Positions 28,059-37,575 of a DNA stretch of 64,000 bases are shown piece by piece; the first letter of the stretch is position 1; each line of letters begins with the position of its first letter. Location of the stretch: NCBI GenBank assembly GCA_964352085.1, contig CAYGPN010000001.1, forward strand, positions 95,823 to 159,822, given 5' to 3'. A program made the translations under genes and the position numbers. Below the pieces are notes generated by a model. It saw only the letters and a list, made by a program, of their open reading frames with translations, was not told the DNA's origin and did no database searches. This DNA comes from an uncultured Gammaproteobacteria bacterium (GTDB lineage Bacteria > Cyanobacteriota > Vampirovibrionia > LMEP-6097 > CAYGPN01).

Positions 28059-28696
28059 TGACTAAACCTCAGGTGAAAATTTGCGGAATTACAAATCTTA
28101 TTGATGCGAAAAATGCTCTTTCTTTAGGTGCAGATTATATTGGTTTTATTTCAATTAACACTTCACCAAGATTTATTACTATTGATCAGATTCATGAGAT
28201 CGCAAATGATCTAACTGAAGAAGAGAAAGCTAAATGTGTTTTAGTGACAGATGAAAATATAATTGATCAGATAGTCTCTGACTGCTCTTATTTAGGTTTT
28301 AAATATGTCCAACCCTACGGAGATCACCAGCTTAAAGATTTGAGGTCTCTGAGCCTTTTTGAGCTAAATATTCTTAAACCTCTTGGTGTAAAAACTTCTG
28401 AAGATATTAAAGATATCGGATCCTACAGTGACTTTGTGCGTCTATTAATACTCGACACTAAAACATCAGAGAAGCTAGGTGGTACTGGTAAATCTTTTGA
28501 TTGGGATATTTTTAATGAAGCCAAGTCTCTGACCAAGGTGAAACTTGGCTTAGCTGGTGGTTTAAATCCCGATAATATAGCTGAAGCCATAACTAAAACA
28601 AAAGCAGATCTTCTGGATCTAAGTTCAGGACTAGAGTCTAAGCCTGGGATAAAATCATTTGAAAAAATGAAGCAACTCTTTTTAAATATTCATTAG
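28058..28696 (+). CDS. trpF: phosphoribosylanthranilate isomerase
   Basis: VKICGIT start, LDLSSGLE near the C-terminus, and a TAATG overlap with rimM. No other trp genes are in the window. Confidence 0.8.
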   Translation: MTKPQVKICGITNLIDAKNALSLGADYIGFISINTSPRFITIDQIHEIANDLTEEEKAKCVLVTDENIIDQIVSDCSYLGFKYVQPYGDHQLKDLRSLSLFELNILKPLGVKTSEDIKDIGSYSDFVRLLILDTKTSEKLGGTGKSFDWDIFNEAKSLTKVKLGLAGGLNPDNIAEAITKTKADLLDLSSGLESKPGIKSFEKMKQLFLNIH

Positions 28697-28709
28697 TTTG
28701 ACTGTAGCT

Positions 28710-28740
28710 GTCATTGCGAACGAAGTGACGCAATCCATAC
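28710..28740. repeat. hairpin repeat family copy
   Basis: GTCATTGCGAACGAAGTGACGCAATCCATAC, 14 nt after the trpF stop. Confidence 0.75.
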
Positions 28741-28759
28741 TCAAATGTCAGGAATCTAT

Positions 28760-28931
28760 CCGATAAGCTGTTAGTAACTAATGAATAAGCCCGATAAGTG
28801 TTCAGTAAAATCCTAAAATTTAACCGATAAGATATTTATAAATTATCAGAAAAGTCAAATGTATGTATATTATTTCTTTTGAAAAATATAGAGTCTTTTA
28901 TTAAAATGAGTTCTAAAAATACTCCGATAAG
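28760..28931 (+). promoter_or_regulatory. array of 4 direct CCGATAAG boxes upstream of pgi
   Basis: Exact CCGATAAG at 28760, 28791, 28824 and 28924 (spacing 31, 33 and 100 bp), each followed after 3 nt by a WTTGWA-like hexamer. Confidence 0.7.
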
Positions 28932-29083
28932 CAAATAAAGTATAATATATTTAATGAAACAATACTAGGGATAAGGCTTCTATATAAATTACAATTAATA
29001 TAGGTGATTAATGAGTAGAGACTTAATTGGATTTGCTTATCATTTATAATATGAAAGTCATTAATTGCTTTTAAGGGGGCCAA

Positions 29084-30520
29084 ATGCCAGACAATTCAAA
29101 GAGATTATTAGAAGCTTCGCTTAACATTAGCATTCCAAAAAACAAGTCAGTTAGCAAAACTGACCAAATAATGCAATTTTTCGAGAACCCCAAAGGCATT
29201 TACGCAGATCATTTTTGCGAACTATATGAAAAAACTTTAAATTCGCTTATCGGATCCTCTTCCGGAAAAGAGGAATTGGAGTATTACAAATGGCTTGACT
29301 TCAATTATCTTCGTGAAATAAACCAATCTAGCGCTAATTTAGCTAAAGCACTAAAAAACAAGGGCTATGTGAATTTACTTGTTGTAGGCATGGGCGGATC
29401 TGGAATCAACGCCCTGGTACTTAAGAATGCTCTTTATGACAATGCTGAATACAAAGCTGGCAAGCCTTATATCGATGTCCATAATAATATTGACCCTAGT
29501 GCACTTAATCGCAAATTAAGCTTCATAAAAGAGACGGACAAGCTTTCTAAAACTGCCTTCGCTTTCATCTCAAAGTCTGGCAACACAGATGAAGTAACTA
29601 GAAACATCTATCACGTTCTTGATTTCCTTACAGAAAACAACGAATCAAGGAAGCTTGCAATAGAGCAATTTGCTAAGCAAGCCGTATTCATTACTGAGAT
29701 TAATCCTAATAACCAGTTGAATAAACTCAGAAAAGAAATCAAAGAACTATGCGGTATTGAAATAGCTCTCATCGAACATCATCCAGAAATAGGCGGACGC
29801 TATTCAATGTTCTCTCCTGTTGGAATGTTTCCAGCTCAGATGATGGGACTTGATACAAATAGACTGCTTATCGGAGCAGAGTCTTCTTTTGAAGATTTGA
29901 CTAATTCTAAAGAGCTAGAAAATTCACAAGTCGGTAAGCTCGCACTATATGACATTATTTTCCAAAGACAAGGCTACCGGAATAGGTACAGCATGGTTTA
30001 TTCTGATTCACTTGAAGCTTTAAATAAATTTCGAGCTCAACTAAAAGGCGAATCACTTAATAAAAATGGAATAGACTCCACTATGCACCTAGCTGGTATA
30101 GGTACTGTTAACCATCATTCAGACATGGAATTACTTTTTAAAGATGGTAATCAAGTCGTATTGGAGCAAATACTATTTAAAAATCCAATCAAAGACCACC
30201 AAAACACTTATGACGAAATCAAATGCATTGAAGACTATCAAGGTCAGTCAGCTCATATCAGCTTAATTCAGGGGCATATACTGCCAATCTATCAATATCT
30301 AATAGATAATAAGCACCCGGTATTTATTACAGTAATTGATGAGCAAAATGAAGAGTCGCTGGCATATTACTTAATGCAAGACATGCTAGTTACAGTAATG
30401 CAAGCAGGCTTGCAAGACAAACTTGATGATGCGATAAGACAACATGAAGTTGAAAAATACAAAAAATCGATCAAAGAGCAAATCAAGAAAAATAAATCTA
30501 AAAATGCAAAAGAAGACTAA
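29084..30520 (+). CDS. pgi: glucose-6-phosphate isomerase (divergent PGI/SIS family)
   Basis: VVGMGGSGINA, ISKSGNTDE, and the PGI signature-like PEIGGRYSMFSPVG. Confidence 0.8.
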   Translation: MPDNSKRLLEASLNISIPKNKSVSKTDQIMQFFENPKGIYADHFCELYEKTLNSLIGSSSGKEELEYYKWLDFNYLREINQSSANLAKALKNKGYVNLLVVGMGGSGINALVLKNALYDNAEYKAGKPYIDVHNNIDPSALNRKLSFIKETDKLSKTAFAFISKSGNTDEVTRNIYHVLDFLTENNESRKLAIEQFAKQAVFITEINPNNQLNKLRKEIKELCGIEIALIEHHPEIGGRYSMFSPVGMFPAQMMGLDTNRLLIGAESSFEDLTNSKELENSQVGKLALYDIIFQRQGYRNRYSMVYSDSLEALNKFRAQLKGESLNKNGIDSTMHLAGIGTVNHHSDMELLFKDGNQVVLEQILFKNPIKDHQNTYDEIKCIEDYQGQSAHISLIQGHILPIYQYLIDNKHPVFITVIDEQNEESLAYYLMQDMLVTVMQAGLQDKLDDAIRQHEVEKYKKSIKEQIKKNKSKNAKED

Positions 30521-30733
30521 AATTCAAATTTTCATCAAAAATACCGAAATTAGTCAAAATAATACACGCTTTTCGGTCCAGTAATTCAAAAACACTGTCC
30601 TAGCAGGCTTTAAATTCAAAATAATTAAGAGTTATCTTAAGTTTAATTAAAAACAAGACTTACAATAGTCTTATCGGGGCGGCTTCTATAAATCAGATTA
30701 CGACATAAGTACAGGCTGCTTAAAACAGATCTT

Positions 30734-30859
30734 TTAGAGACCTAGCCAATTCTTGTCAGGATTGTCTTTATTGACTTCCCGAGCAACAACTATACAAAAA
30801 ACCATAATTGCTAAAACACTTAAAACCATTAATAAAACTATTAAAAATTCTTCAGTCAC
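30734..30859 (-). CDS. candidate 41-aa single-TM micro-protein (not in ORF track)
   Basis: GTG start 7 nt after AAAGGAG. Translation VTEEFLIVLLMVLSVLAIMVFCIVVAREVNKDNPDKNWLGL. A weak hairpin plus T-run lies downstream near 30651..30676. Confidence 0.4.
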   Translation of the reverse strand: MTEEFLIVLLMVLSVLAIMVFCIVVAREVNKDNPDKNWLGL

Positions 30860-30987
30860 GTAATAACTCCTTTACTATATCTTTTTTGAGCTGCCATAAA
30901 AACATATATGAAACCTAGAAAAGCCAGATACCAAAAAGAGACAATAACATTGATATCAAAAAACTCTTAATTCATGGTCTTTCTTCG

Positions 30988-31238
30988 CTTATCGGGATCA
31001 ACACTTAGGTTTTAAAAGAAGCTATAAATAAATAATAATTCTAGAATCACTTTAAGCTTATCGGACTTTATTGTATCCCGCTAGTAATATTTCAATACTC
31101 TTATCGGACTAACGTTCGCAATACTTACAAAAAACTTATCAGCTTAATCTTGCAATCTTTCAATAGTCTTATCGGGCTTCTTTCTTTTAGCTTCAATATG
31201 CTTATCAGCAATTTAAACTTTCACAAAAGACTTATCGG
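30988..31238 (-). promoter_or_regulatory. array of 7 CCGATAAG/CTGATAAG boxes (minus-strand orientation)
   Basis: Plus-strand CTTATCGG at 30988, 31057, 31100, 31168 and 31231, and CTTATCAG at 31135 and 31201. Spacing of the last six is 43, 35, 33, 33 and 30 bp. One more copy lies at 30670. Confidence 0.7.
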
Positions 31239-31262
31239 AAACCTTAGACTAAGAATTTTTTT

Positions 31263-32039
31263 TTAGAATTTTAAATTTATCCCATTTCCTTCACCAGTGC
31301 TTCTTGTAGAAACTGGCATTTCTTTATAAATTCTATTTGCCAATCTTGAAAAAGGCAAACTCTGTAGCCAAATTTTTCCAGTACCTGATAGTTTTGCTAG
31401 AAACATTCCTTCTCCACCAAGAAACATAGATTTAAGTCCACCAGCAGTTTTTACAGAAAAATCTATCCCTTCAGAATAAGCCACGATACATCCAGTATCA
31501 ATCAAAATAGAACTATCTCTTAGATCCTTTTCTATCACCGTGCCGCCTGCATGCACAAAAACCTTGCCATTACCCTCTATTTTCTCCATAATGAAACCTT
31601 CTCCACCAAAGAAGCCTGCTCCTAATTTCTTATTAAAAGCTAGAGAAAGCCTAGTGCCATGTGCAGCAGTTAAAAAAGATTGCTTTTGGCAGTAGATAGA
31701 ATGGCTAGGAATTTGAGAAAGATCAATAGCAATAATCTTGCCTGGGTAAGGTCCAGCAAAAGCCACCGTCTTCTTTGCCTGAGATTGATTAGTGAAGTGT
31801 GTGATAAAGATAGACTCACCCATTATCATGCGGCTACCCATATTCATAAGCTTAGATATAGCACCATCAGCTTCTCTACTACCATCACCAGCCTTAGCCT
31901 CAAAAGCAATGCCATCATCCATATAGTTCATTGCACCAGCTTCAGCTATCACTGTTTCCTGCGGATCAAGCTCCACCTCTACAAGCTGCATATCATCTCC
32001 AAGGATCTTAAAGTCTATATCATGGGTGTTTCTATTCAT
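31263..32039 (-). CDS. TIGR00266/AIM24 (DUF124) family protein
   Basis: Colinear family-typical blocks: [64 protein letters not shown] and [14 protein letters not shown]. Confidence 0.85.
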   Translation of the reverse strand: MNRNTHDIDFKILGDDMQLVEVELDPQETVIAEAGAMNYMDDGIAFEAKAGDGSREADGAISKLMNMGSRMIMGESIFITHFTNQSQAKKTVAFAGPYPGKIIAIDLSQIPSHSIYCQKQSFLTAAHGTRLSLAFNKKLGAGFFGGEGFIMEKIEGNGKVFVHAGGTVIEKDLRDSSILIDTGCIVAYSEGIDFSVKTAGGLKSMFLGGEGMFLAKLSGTGKIWLQSLPFSRLANRIYKEMPVSTRSTGEGNGINLKF

Positions 32040-32061
32040 AAGATTAAATTAACACAGATAT

Positions 32062-32199
32062 GGATCACCACGAGCACCTTCAGTGCGGTCGGGGATATAA
32101 GGTATCTTACAGATGCTAGTTTGTGTAAGCCCCTCCTGCTCGTGATGACGTCATTGCAAGCAAAATGATGTCATTGCGAGGCGCAGTCGAAGCAATCCA
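32062..32199. repeat. about 87-bp structured repeat element plus two GTCATTGC(A/G)AG units
   Basis: 32062..32148 is roughly 80 percent identical (by eye) to the reverse complement of 39427..39513. It is followed by TCATTGCAAGC and GTCATTGCGAGGCGCAGTCGAAGCAATCCAC. Confidence 0.8.
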
Positions 32200-32276
32200 C
32201 AAAGAAGCTAAGACTTTTAACCAGACCTTAACTTATCCATGATTATTTAAGCTATACCACCAATTAGGGAAGAAAC

Positions 32277-35200
32277 ATGAGTACTCAATTCAACATTTCA
32301 ATAGACAACGCAACAGGCGGACCATTTAGTATAGTGTCGCCAGTATTGAATAGTACAAATTTTTTAGATACACCCACACTTAAACCAAATGATAGAACAA
32401 AACTAGATCAATTCATAAAAAACCCTGATGAGAAAAGTTACGAAGAAATATTTGGAACGAGGATCAAGAAAAACGATAGCAGCTTTAATAGAGATGGTTT
32501 ACTCGAAGATCATAATAAATTTTTAAGCGTACTAGCACAAGAGGACGCAGCAAATGCAGGAACTGCAGGTTATAAAGCTAAAATACCACAGTACTTAGAA
32601 GCTATTAAAAAAGTAGACAACAATGGGAAAATCGAAGTTGCAGATATCGCAAAAAGCACTAAACCAGAAGATCAAAAAGCATACGATACAATCATGCAAC
32701 GCTATGGCTTATCAGACAAAGCCAGTGCACCTATAAACGCTAAACACAAGAAATTAATTGACGTAAAAGAAACTAAGGCTAAGGATCTTGGAAAAGAACT
32801 CAGAAAAGAGTTTGATAAAAATACAAACATAACAACACTCTCTAGAGATAAGAAAAAAACTGAAGATCTAAAGAAAGCAAGACAAGAATTCATAACTGAA
32901 GCATTAGCTAAATTCAGTCCTGAAGATAGAGCAAAAATAGCTGAAGGTTTCTTTGATGGTAATTCCGTTCAAGGAGAAGTAAGTGACCTAGAAGGATTCA
33001 AAAAAGACTTGGGAGCGCAAGGACTTAAGTTTAATGGAACAGACTTTGAAGGTGATGGCTTAAAACAACTTGACGGAGAAGGGAAAGAGTTAACAAAAGC
33101 ACAAATACAAGGTAAACAGTTACTTTCAAAACTGGGCGCACAAACAGATCCAACAAAAGTGAAAGACGCACTAAATAATTTCACACCAGAACAAATTGAA
33201 AGCATGGGTGGAATTGAAGAAGTAAATAAAGTAATTAACCAAAAAGGCTTATATGCTTACACTGATATTTCAAGAAACTCTAAAGGAGAACCCATTAAGG
33301 TTGATCCTAAAACAAAGAAAGAAGAAATAGTCAGCCCAGCAGCAGCAGATAGAGTATATAAAGCAATAAAAGCAGAAACAAATAACAAACCTATCAATTT
33401 CACTAAAGATATTGGTGAAACAATAAGGTCTGGAAGTGACAAAGAAATAGTAGAGATGATTAAGGGCATAAAATCAAACCCTACTATACTAAAAGAAACA
33501 ACCAACCAATTAGAAAGCAGTGACAGAAATGACATAAAAGGCTTAAAAGAGACTATAAGCAAACAAGTAACAGCTCAAAAGCAAGCTGATAGTCAGATCT
33601 CAAAGATTAAAGCTGAGTTGAATATAGTTGAAGCAGATAAAAAGAAGATTGAATTTGCAAGAAACTCTGTGCGTGAAGACCTTAAAGCTGCAGACAATCA
33701 AAGAGAAGCAAAACTAAAAGCAGCAATGGAAACTGCAAAAAAAGATTCTCTTGATAAAAATCCAAAAGCAGTTAAGGATTTAGAAAAAATTATTGAAGCT
33801 GCAGAAGATGGTGAAGCTGTAACAATAAACGGAAAAACATACAGTTTTCATAGCAGCAACAGCGAGGGAAGTATCGTCAATAAAGACTTTGATGAAAGTA
33901 ACCCCAAAGTCAGATTAGCGAAACTAAGAACCAGCATAGAAAGCTACCTCGCTGATAACGCTAGCAAAGTAGATCAAGGAGAGAGAGGCTTTCTTAAAGA
34001 AGATGCATTAAATAAATTTGTAAGTAATAACGCTGACACTATAAACAACAGTGAGCTAGTCAAGCAAGCTGTGCATAGTGAGCTACTTAAGCCAACTGGA
34101 CTCAATCTTAAAAGCTCAAGTATAGGACCCGTAGATTATGCGGAATTAACTGGACATGCAAAAACTTCATATAATCACAAACTTGCTAAACCTTTCAAGA
34201 TAGCAGATGAAAAACTTACACTTTCAAAAATTAAAACAGCTTTTGGTACAGTAACTGATAGTAATACTATCTATAAACACGATGTAAGAACATATGCACC
34301 TCTACAACAAGCTGTTACAAAACATAGTAATGGTGTCAACCATGGTAATTTTGATTCAAAATTTGATTCGCTTACAGCAGATCTAGATAAAGCAATAGCA
34401 AGTGATACAAATTTAAAAAGCTTAACTCTTGACGAGCAAGCAAGCTATAAAGCTAATGCAATAAAACAATTCTTAAGAGAAAGCGAAGCAGGAAACTTAT
34501 ACTTAGCTAAAACTAAAGAAGCCGATTTGACAAGTCAAATAAAAGCTAAAGATACTGTAATAGTTGCCAAAAAAGGAGAGCTTCAAAGAGCTTCAGACAG
34601 ATCAAAAGATTTTGCGACACTAAGAAAAAAGAATGAAGAAAGACTTAACAAAGCAGAAACAAGAGTTCAATTATATGCCGGTAAAACTGATATTGAAAAA
34701 ATCGAAGAAAGATTAAAAAAACAATACACAGCTTACATTGATGAGCAAGCAGGAAGACCTGTTGAGTATGATGATGCAGGAAATATCGTAGAGTACGTGC
34801 CAGGCAAACTATCTAAAGGTCAAATATCTGCAAGACAAAAAGAAATTGATGCAAGAAATGCTAGAGATGATAACCCACATATTTCAGATGAGCAATTAGT
34901 AGAACTGGGTGAAAATCTTTCGTATGCAGTAGTTCGAGATACAAAAGCTGGAGAGCCATTTGAAGTTGCTTATAAAAGAGCATTAGACCAAATTGATGAA
35001 TTAAATCCTGGACAAACAGATGCAGAAATTGGTAAAACTAACAATAGAGGATTATCAAAACGTCAAACAGACATTCTTTTAAACTCAATGATGATAGACC
35101 ATACAGGCGCTTCTGATGACCTAGCTGACTTTGTGAATGATAAACCAGGAACACTTGCCACAATAAATAGAGAAACTGGCGAGCGCTTTGGCTACATAGC

Positions 35201-35558
35201 AGGAAGACAGCACGGCAAAGGCTGGACTTCAAGCGATAGTTTAACTTTAATGGGTAGCGGGAGCACAGTTTTACATTCAGGTAACTCAGTAACTCATGAT
35301 TTATTAGAAGCAGCAAGAGGCGGGAAATTAGAATTATTGCCAGACAAAGTTGATAGTGGAATAAAACAATCAATGGTGGCTTTTGCTAAAGCAGCTGAAG
35401 AGGAAGCAGCAATGGCACAACAAAAATCACAAATCTATGGACAAATGTTCCAAGGAGTAAGTAAAAGTTTACAAGGCATGTCAGGAAGTGTAGAAAGACT
35501 TTATGCTGCTAAAAATGGCTACAACCTTAATGGCGTGAGATACGACAGATATTCATAA
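32277..35558 (+). CDS. large hypothetical protein (1093 aa, K/E-rich, soluble-looking)
   Basis: A 3.3-kb ORF with SD-like AGGGAAG upstream. No recognisable motif. Confidence 0.85.
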   Translation: MSTQFNISIDNATGGPFSIVSPVLNSTNFLDTPTLKPNDRTKLDQFIKNPDEKSYEEIFGTRIKKNDSSFNRDGLLEDHNKFLSVLAQEDAANAGTAGYKAKIPQYLEAIKKVDNNGKIEVADIAKSTKPEDQKAYDTIMQRYGLSDKASAPINAKHKKLIDVKETKAKDLGKELRKEFDKNTNITTLSRDKKKTEDLKKARQEFITEALAKFSPEDRAKIAEGFFDGNSVQGEVSDLEGFKKDLGAQGLKFNGTDFEGDGLKQLDGEGKELTKAQIQGKQLLSKLGAQTDPTKVKDALNNFTPEQIESMGGIEEVNKVINQKGLYAYTDISRNSKGEPIKVDPKTKKEEIVSPAAADRVYKAIKAETNNKPINFTKDIGETIRSGSDKEIVEMIKGIKSNPTILKETTNQLESSDRNDIKGLKETISKQVTAQKQADSQISKIKAELNIVEADKKKIEFARNSVREDLKAADNQREAKLKAAMETAKKDSLDKNPKAVKDLEKIIEAAEDGEAVTINGKTYSFHSSNSEGSIVNKDFDESNPKVRLAKLRTSIESYLADNASKVDQGERGFLKEDALNKFVSNNADTINNSELVKQAVHSELLKPTGLNLKSSSIGPVDYAELTGHAKTSYNHKLAKPFKIADEKLTLSKIKTAFGTVTDSNTIYKHDVRTYAPLQQAVTKHSNGVNHGNFDSKFDSLTADLDKAIASDTNLKSLTLDEQASYKANAIKQFLRESEAGNLYLAKTKEADLTSQIKAKDTVIVAKKGELQRASDRSKDFATLRKKNEERLNKAETRVQLYAGKTDIEKIEERLKKQYTAYIDEQAGRPVEYDDAGNIVEYVPGKLSKGQISARQKEIDARNARDDNPHISDEQLVELGENLSYAVVRDTKAGEPFEVAYKRALDQIDELNPGQTDAEIGKTNNRGLSKRQTDILLNSMMIDHTGASDDLADFVNDKPGTLATINRETGERFGYIAGRQHGKGWTSSDSLTLMGSGSTVLHSGNSVTHDLLEAARGGKLELLPDKVDSGIKQSMVAFAKAAEEEAAMAQQKSQIYGQMFQGVSKSLQGMSGSVERLYAAKNGYNLNGVRYDRYS

Positions 35559-35638
35559 GCCTTAACAAGGACTTAACCTAAAAACGATAAATTATATACA
35601 TAGGCAGCATTAGCAGCTTACTTAATACAGGAGAACGA

Positions 35639-36295
35639 ATGTCTCAGCTTAGAGTCGGATCAGGAAATAACAGCGATAAAGTTAGAAAAACATCTAGCTC
35701 TAGTAAAGCGCGTGTTAAAGAGCAAACTAAAAAAGTTAGCTTAGGCACTGATGGCTTTAGTTCTAGTGGCACATCAAATAGCGCTTCTAGAAACTTACAA
35801 AGCTCAACAAACAATTCACCAAGCTACTCAGGCGGTTACACCTTTAATACAAAAGGTTTAAGTCCAGGGCAAGTAGCAAGCGCAGTTGGTTATGGATCAA
35901 GAGCAAAAATGGCGGGTTATAGAAATTACATGGATAGAGCTAAGTATGAAGCTAATGAAAAATTAACAGCAGAAGTTGTTGCTAATGACGCTGAGCTTAT
36001 GGGAATAGCTGACGCTGAAGGTAATCAACTTACAGCAAATCTACTAAATCTTATGCAAACTCAAGGACTAAGCCCTGAACAGTTTAAAGTAGAAGCTAAA
36101 AAACTAATTAACACAACAAAAAATAAAATTGAAGCCAAAACAAATAGAGCAAAAGAAGACAAAGTGAAATCACAAAGAGAGACAGTGATGAATAGGAACT
36201 TACAGAAAATGTCAAGATTCACTGGAAAAGAGCTAACAGATGAAGATAGAATTCAAATAGAAGAGTTAACTAAGGAAATCATCATAGAGGATTAA
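35639..36295 (+). CDS. hypothetical protein (218 aa, S/N-rich N-terminus)
   Basis: SD AGGAG 5 nt upstream. Confidence 0.75.
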   Translation: MSQLRVGSGNNSDKVRKTSSSSKARVKEQTKKVSLGTDGFSSSGTSNSASRNLQSSTNNSPSYSGGYTFNTKGLSPGQVASAVGYGSRAKMAGYRNYMDRAKYEANEKLTAEVVANDAELMGIADAEGNQLTANLLNLMQTQGLSPEQFKVEAKKLINTTKNKIEAKTNRAKEDKVKSQRETVMNRNLQKMSRFTGKELTDEDRIQIEELTKEIIIED

Positions 36296-36777
36296 TGAAA
36301 GATAACGCACTACAAGCAGCAATACCTAGCAAAATCTCTGCGCCAGGGACAAAGCTAGCACGTACAAAGAATCTAGAAAAGAAAGAAGCAAAATCAAGCA
36401 CGGAAACAAAATCTGATAGTTTTACTAAGCAGATTAACAGTAAGTTTGACTATGTTTCAAGAATGAATAATGCAGGAAAGTTTTTTGATGAAAAGATAGC
36501 AGAAAAAAGTAATGCTATCGCAAGACAATCAGGAGTAGTGGAAAAAGCTGAAACTGAAACCATCAAAGTAAATTACAATAGCTTGCGCAAATCAGAAGAG
36601 AAGGCTGATTTGCCGAGTTTTGTAACAGACACAAGAGCTTTTGAGCGTTATAAAAAAGAATATGATGCAGGGAAAATGAAGATAGAGAAGTCGGCTAATG
36701 GTTTAGATTATGAGTTTTCACTAAATACCGCGCATGGTAGCGTCTCAGGCGTATTCAAACGCCCTGTAGAAGCATAG
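36295..36777 (+). CDS. hypothetical protein (160 aa)
   Basis: TAATG overlap with the upstream ORF. Confidence 0.7.
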   Translation: MKDNALQAAIPSKISAPGTKLARTKNLEKKEAKSSTETKSDSFTKQINSKFDYVSRMNNAGKFFDEKIAEKSNAIARQSGVVEKAETETIKVNYNSLRKSEEKADLPSFVTDTRAFERYKKEYDAGKMKIEKSANGLDYEFSLNTAHGSVSGVFKRPVEA

Positions 36778-36829
36778 GATGGATCGCCGCAGTCCTTCGG
36801 ACTTCGCGATGACAGCGAAGCAATCCATA
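36778..36829. repeat. hairpin repeat family copy with TTCG-loop stem
   Basis: GGATGGATCGCCGCAGTCCTTCGGACTTCGCGATGACAGCGAAGCAATCCATA, starting 1 nt after the stop codon. Confidence 0.75.
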
Positions 36830-36892
36830 AATTCGAACTTCTCTTAACCTGAATTTAACCATAAAAAGCTTTAATAAGTGTGGAGTTAAGTC

Positions 36893-37570
36893 ATGGCAGG
36901 AAATTCAATATCAATATCATCAGCAAAAACATTCCAAGCAGAAGCATCATTTTATGGTGGTGGAATCAATGGAATAGCAAATTGGGCAAATTCAATGATG
37001 CAGCTAGTTCAGCGAATTGATGAGATTGAAAACCCAGAAAAATACGGCGGAGGAAGCGCTGGTGGAAGCTCAGGATTAAACAGTTCAAATAGTTTTGTAG
37101 CAACTAACCCAGGACAATTTTCAGTAAATGCTCCAGAAATTACAGAAAAAGATAAGGCTGTAGATGAACTTAACAAGCAAGATGCATCTATGCAAAATAG
37201 ATACGTTAAAGCTAAAGAATCAGAGCCTACCGGTTTTGATAAAAAGAAAGATGCTTTAGAAGGCACATTAGAAAAAAGAGCAGGTCAATTTGAAAGCTAC
37301 ACTAAAGAACTTCAAGATAAAAAAGAAAAAGGTATACCACTTACAAAAGCTCAAGAAGATTATTTAAAAGCAGGAGAAAGCTACCAAGCTGCAATATCAA
37401 AATTTCAAACAAAACTGGGAGCTCCAGGACAGACAAAAGCCTCTGCACCAAAAGCAGCAACTAAAACAGAAGGCGCAAAAGCAGAAACAGCTAAAGATCA
37501 AGTAAGTGCTAGAACAAATCAGAGAATACTTAGAGATCATCCTGGAGTAACAGGCATTGCTACAGGTTAA
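36893..37570 (+). CDS. hypothetical protein (225 aa, G/S-rich then K/A-rich)
   Basis: SD GGAG upstream. Fourth gene of the 32.3-37.6 kb cluster. Confidence 0.75.
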   Translation: MAGNSISISSAKTFQAEASFYGGGINGIANWANSMMQLVQRIDEIENPEKYGGGSAGGSSGLNSSNSFVATNPGQFSVNAPEITEKDKAVDELNKQDASMQNRYVKAKESEPTGFDKKKDALEGTLEKRAGQFESYTKELQDKKEKGIPLTKAQEDYLKAGESYQAAISKFQTKLGAPGQTKASAPKAATKTEGAKAETAKDQVSARTNQRILRDHPGVTGIATG

Positions 37571-37575
37571 TAAAA

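Noticed and set aside
10492-37570. Prophage, integrative element or classical defence island explaining the ORFan clusters
   Set aside because: I recognised no integrase, capsid, terminase or tail genes, no tRNA attachment site, and no nuclease, helicase or methylase motifs. Only hipBA is a known accessory module.
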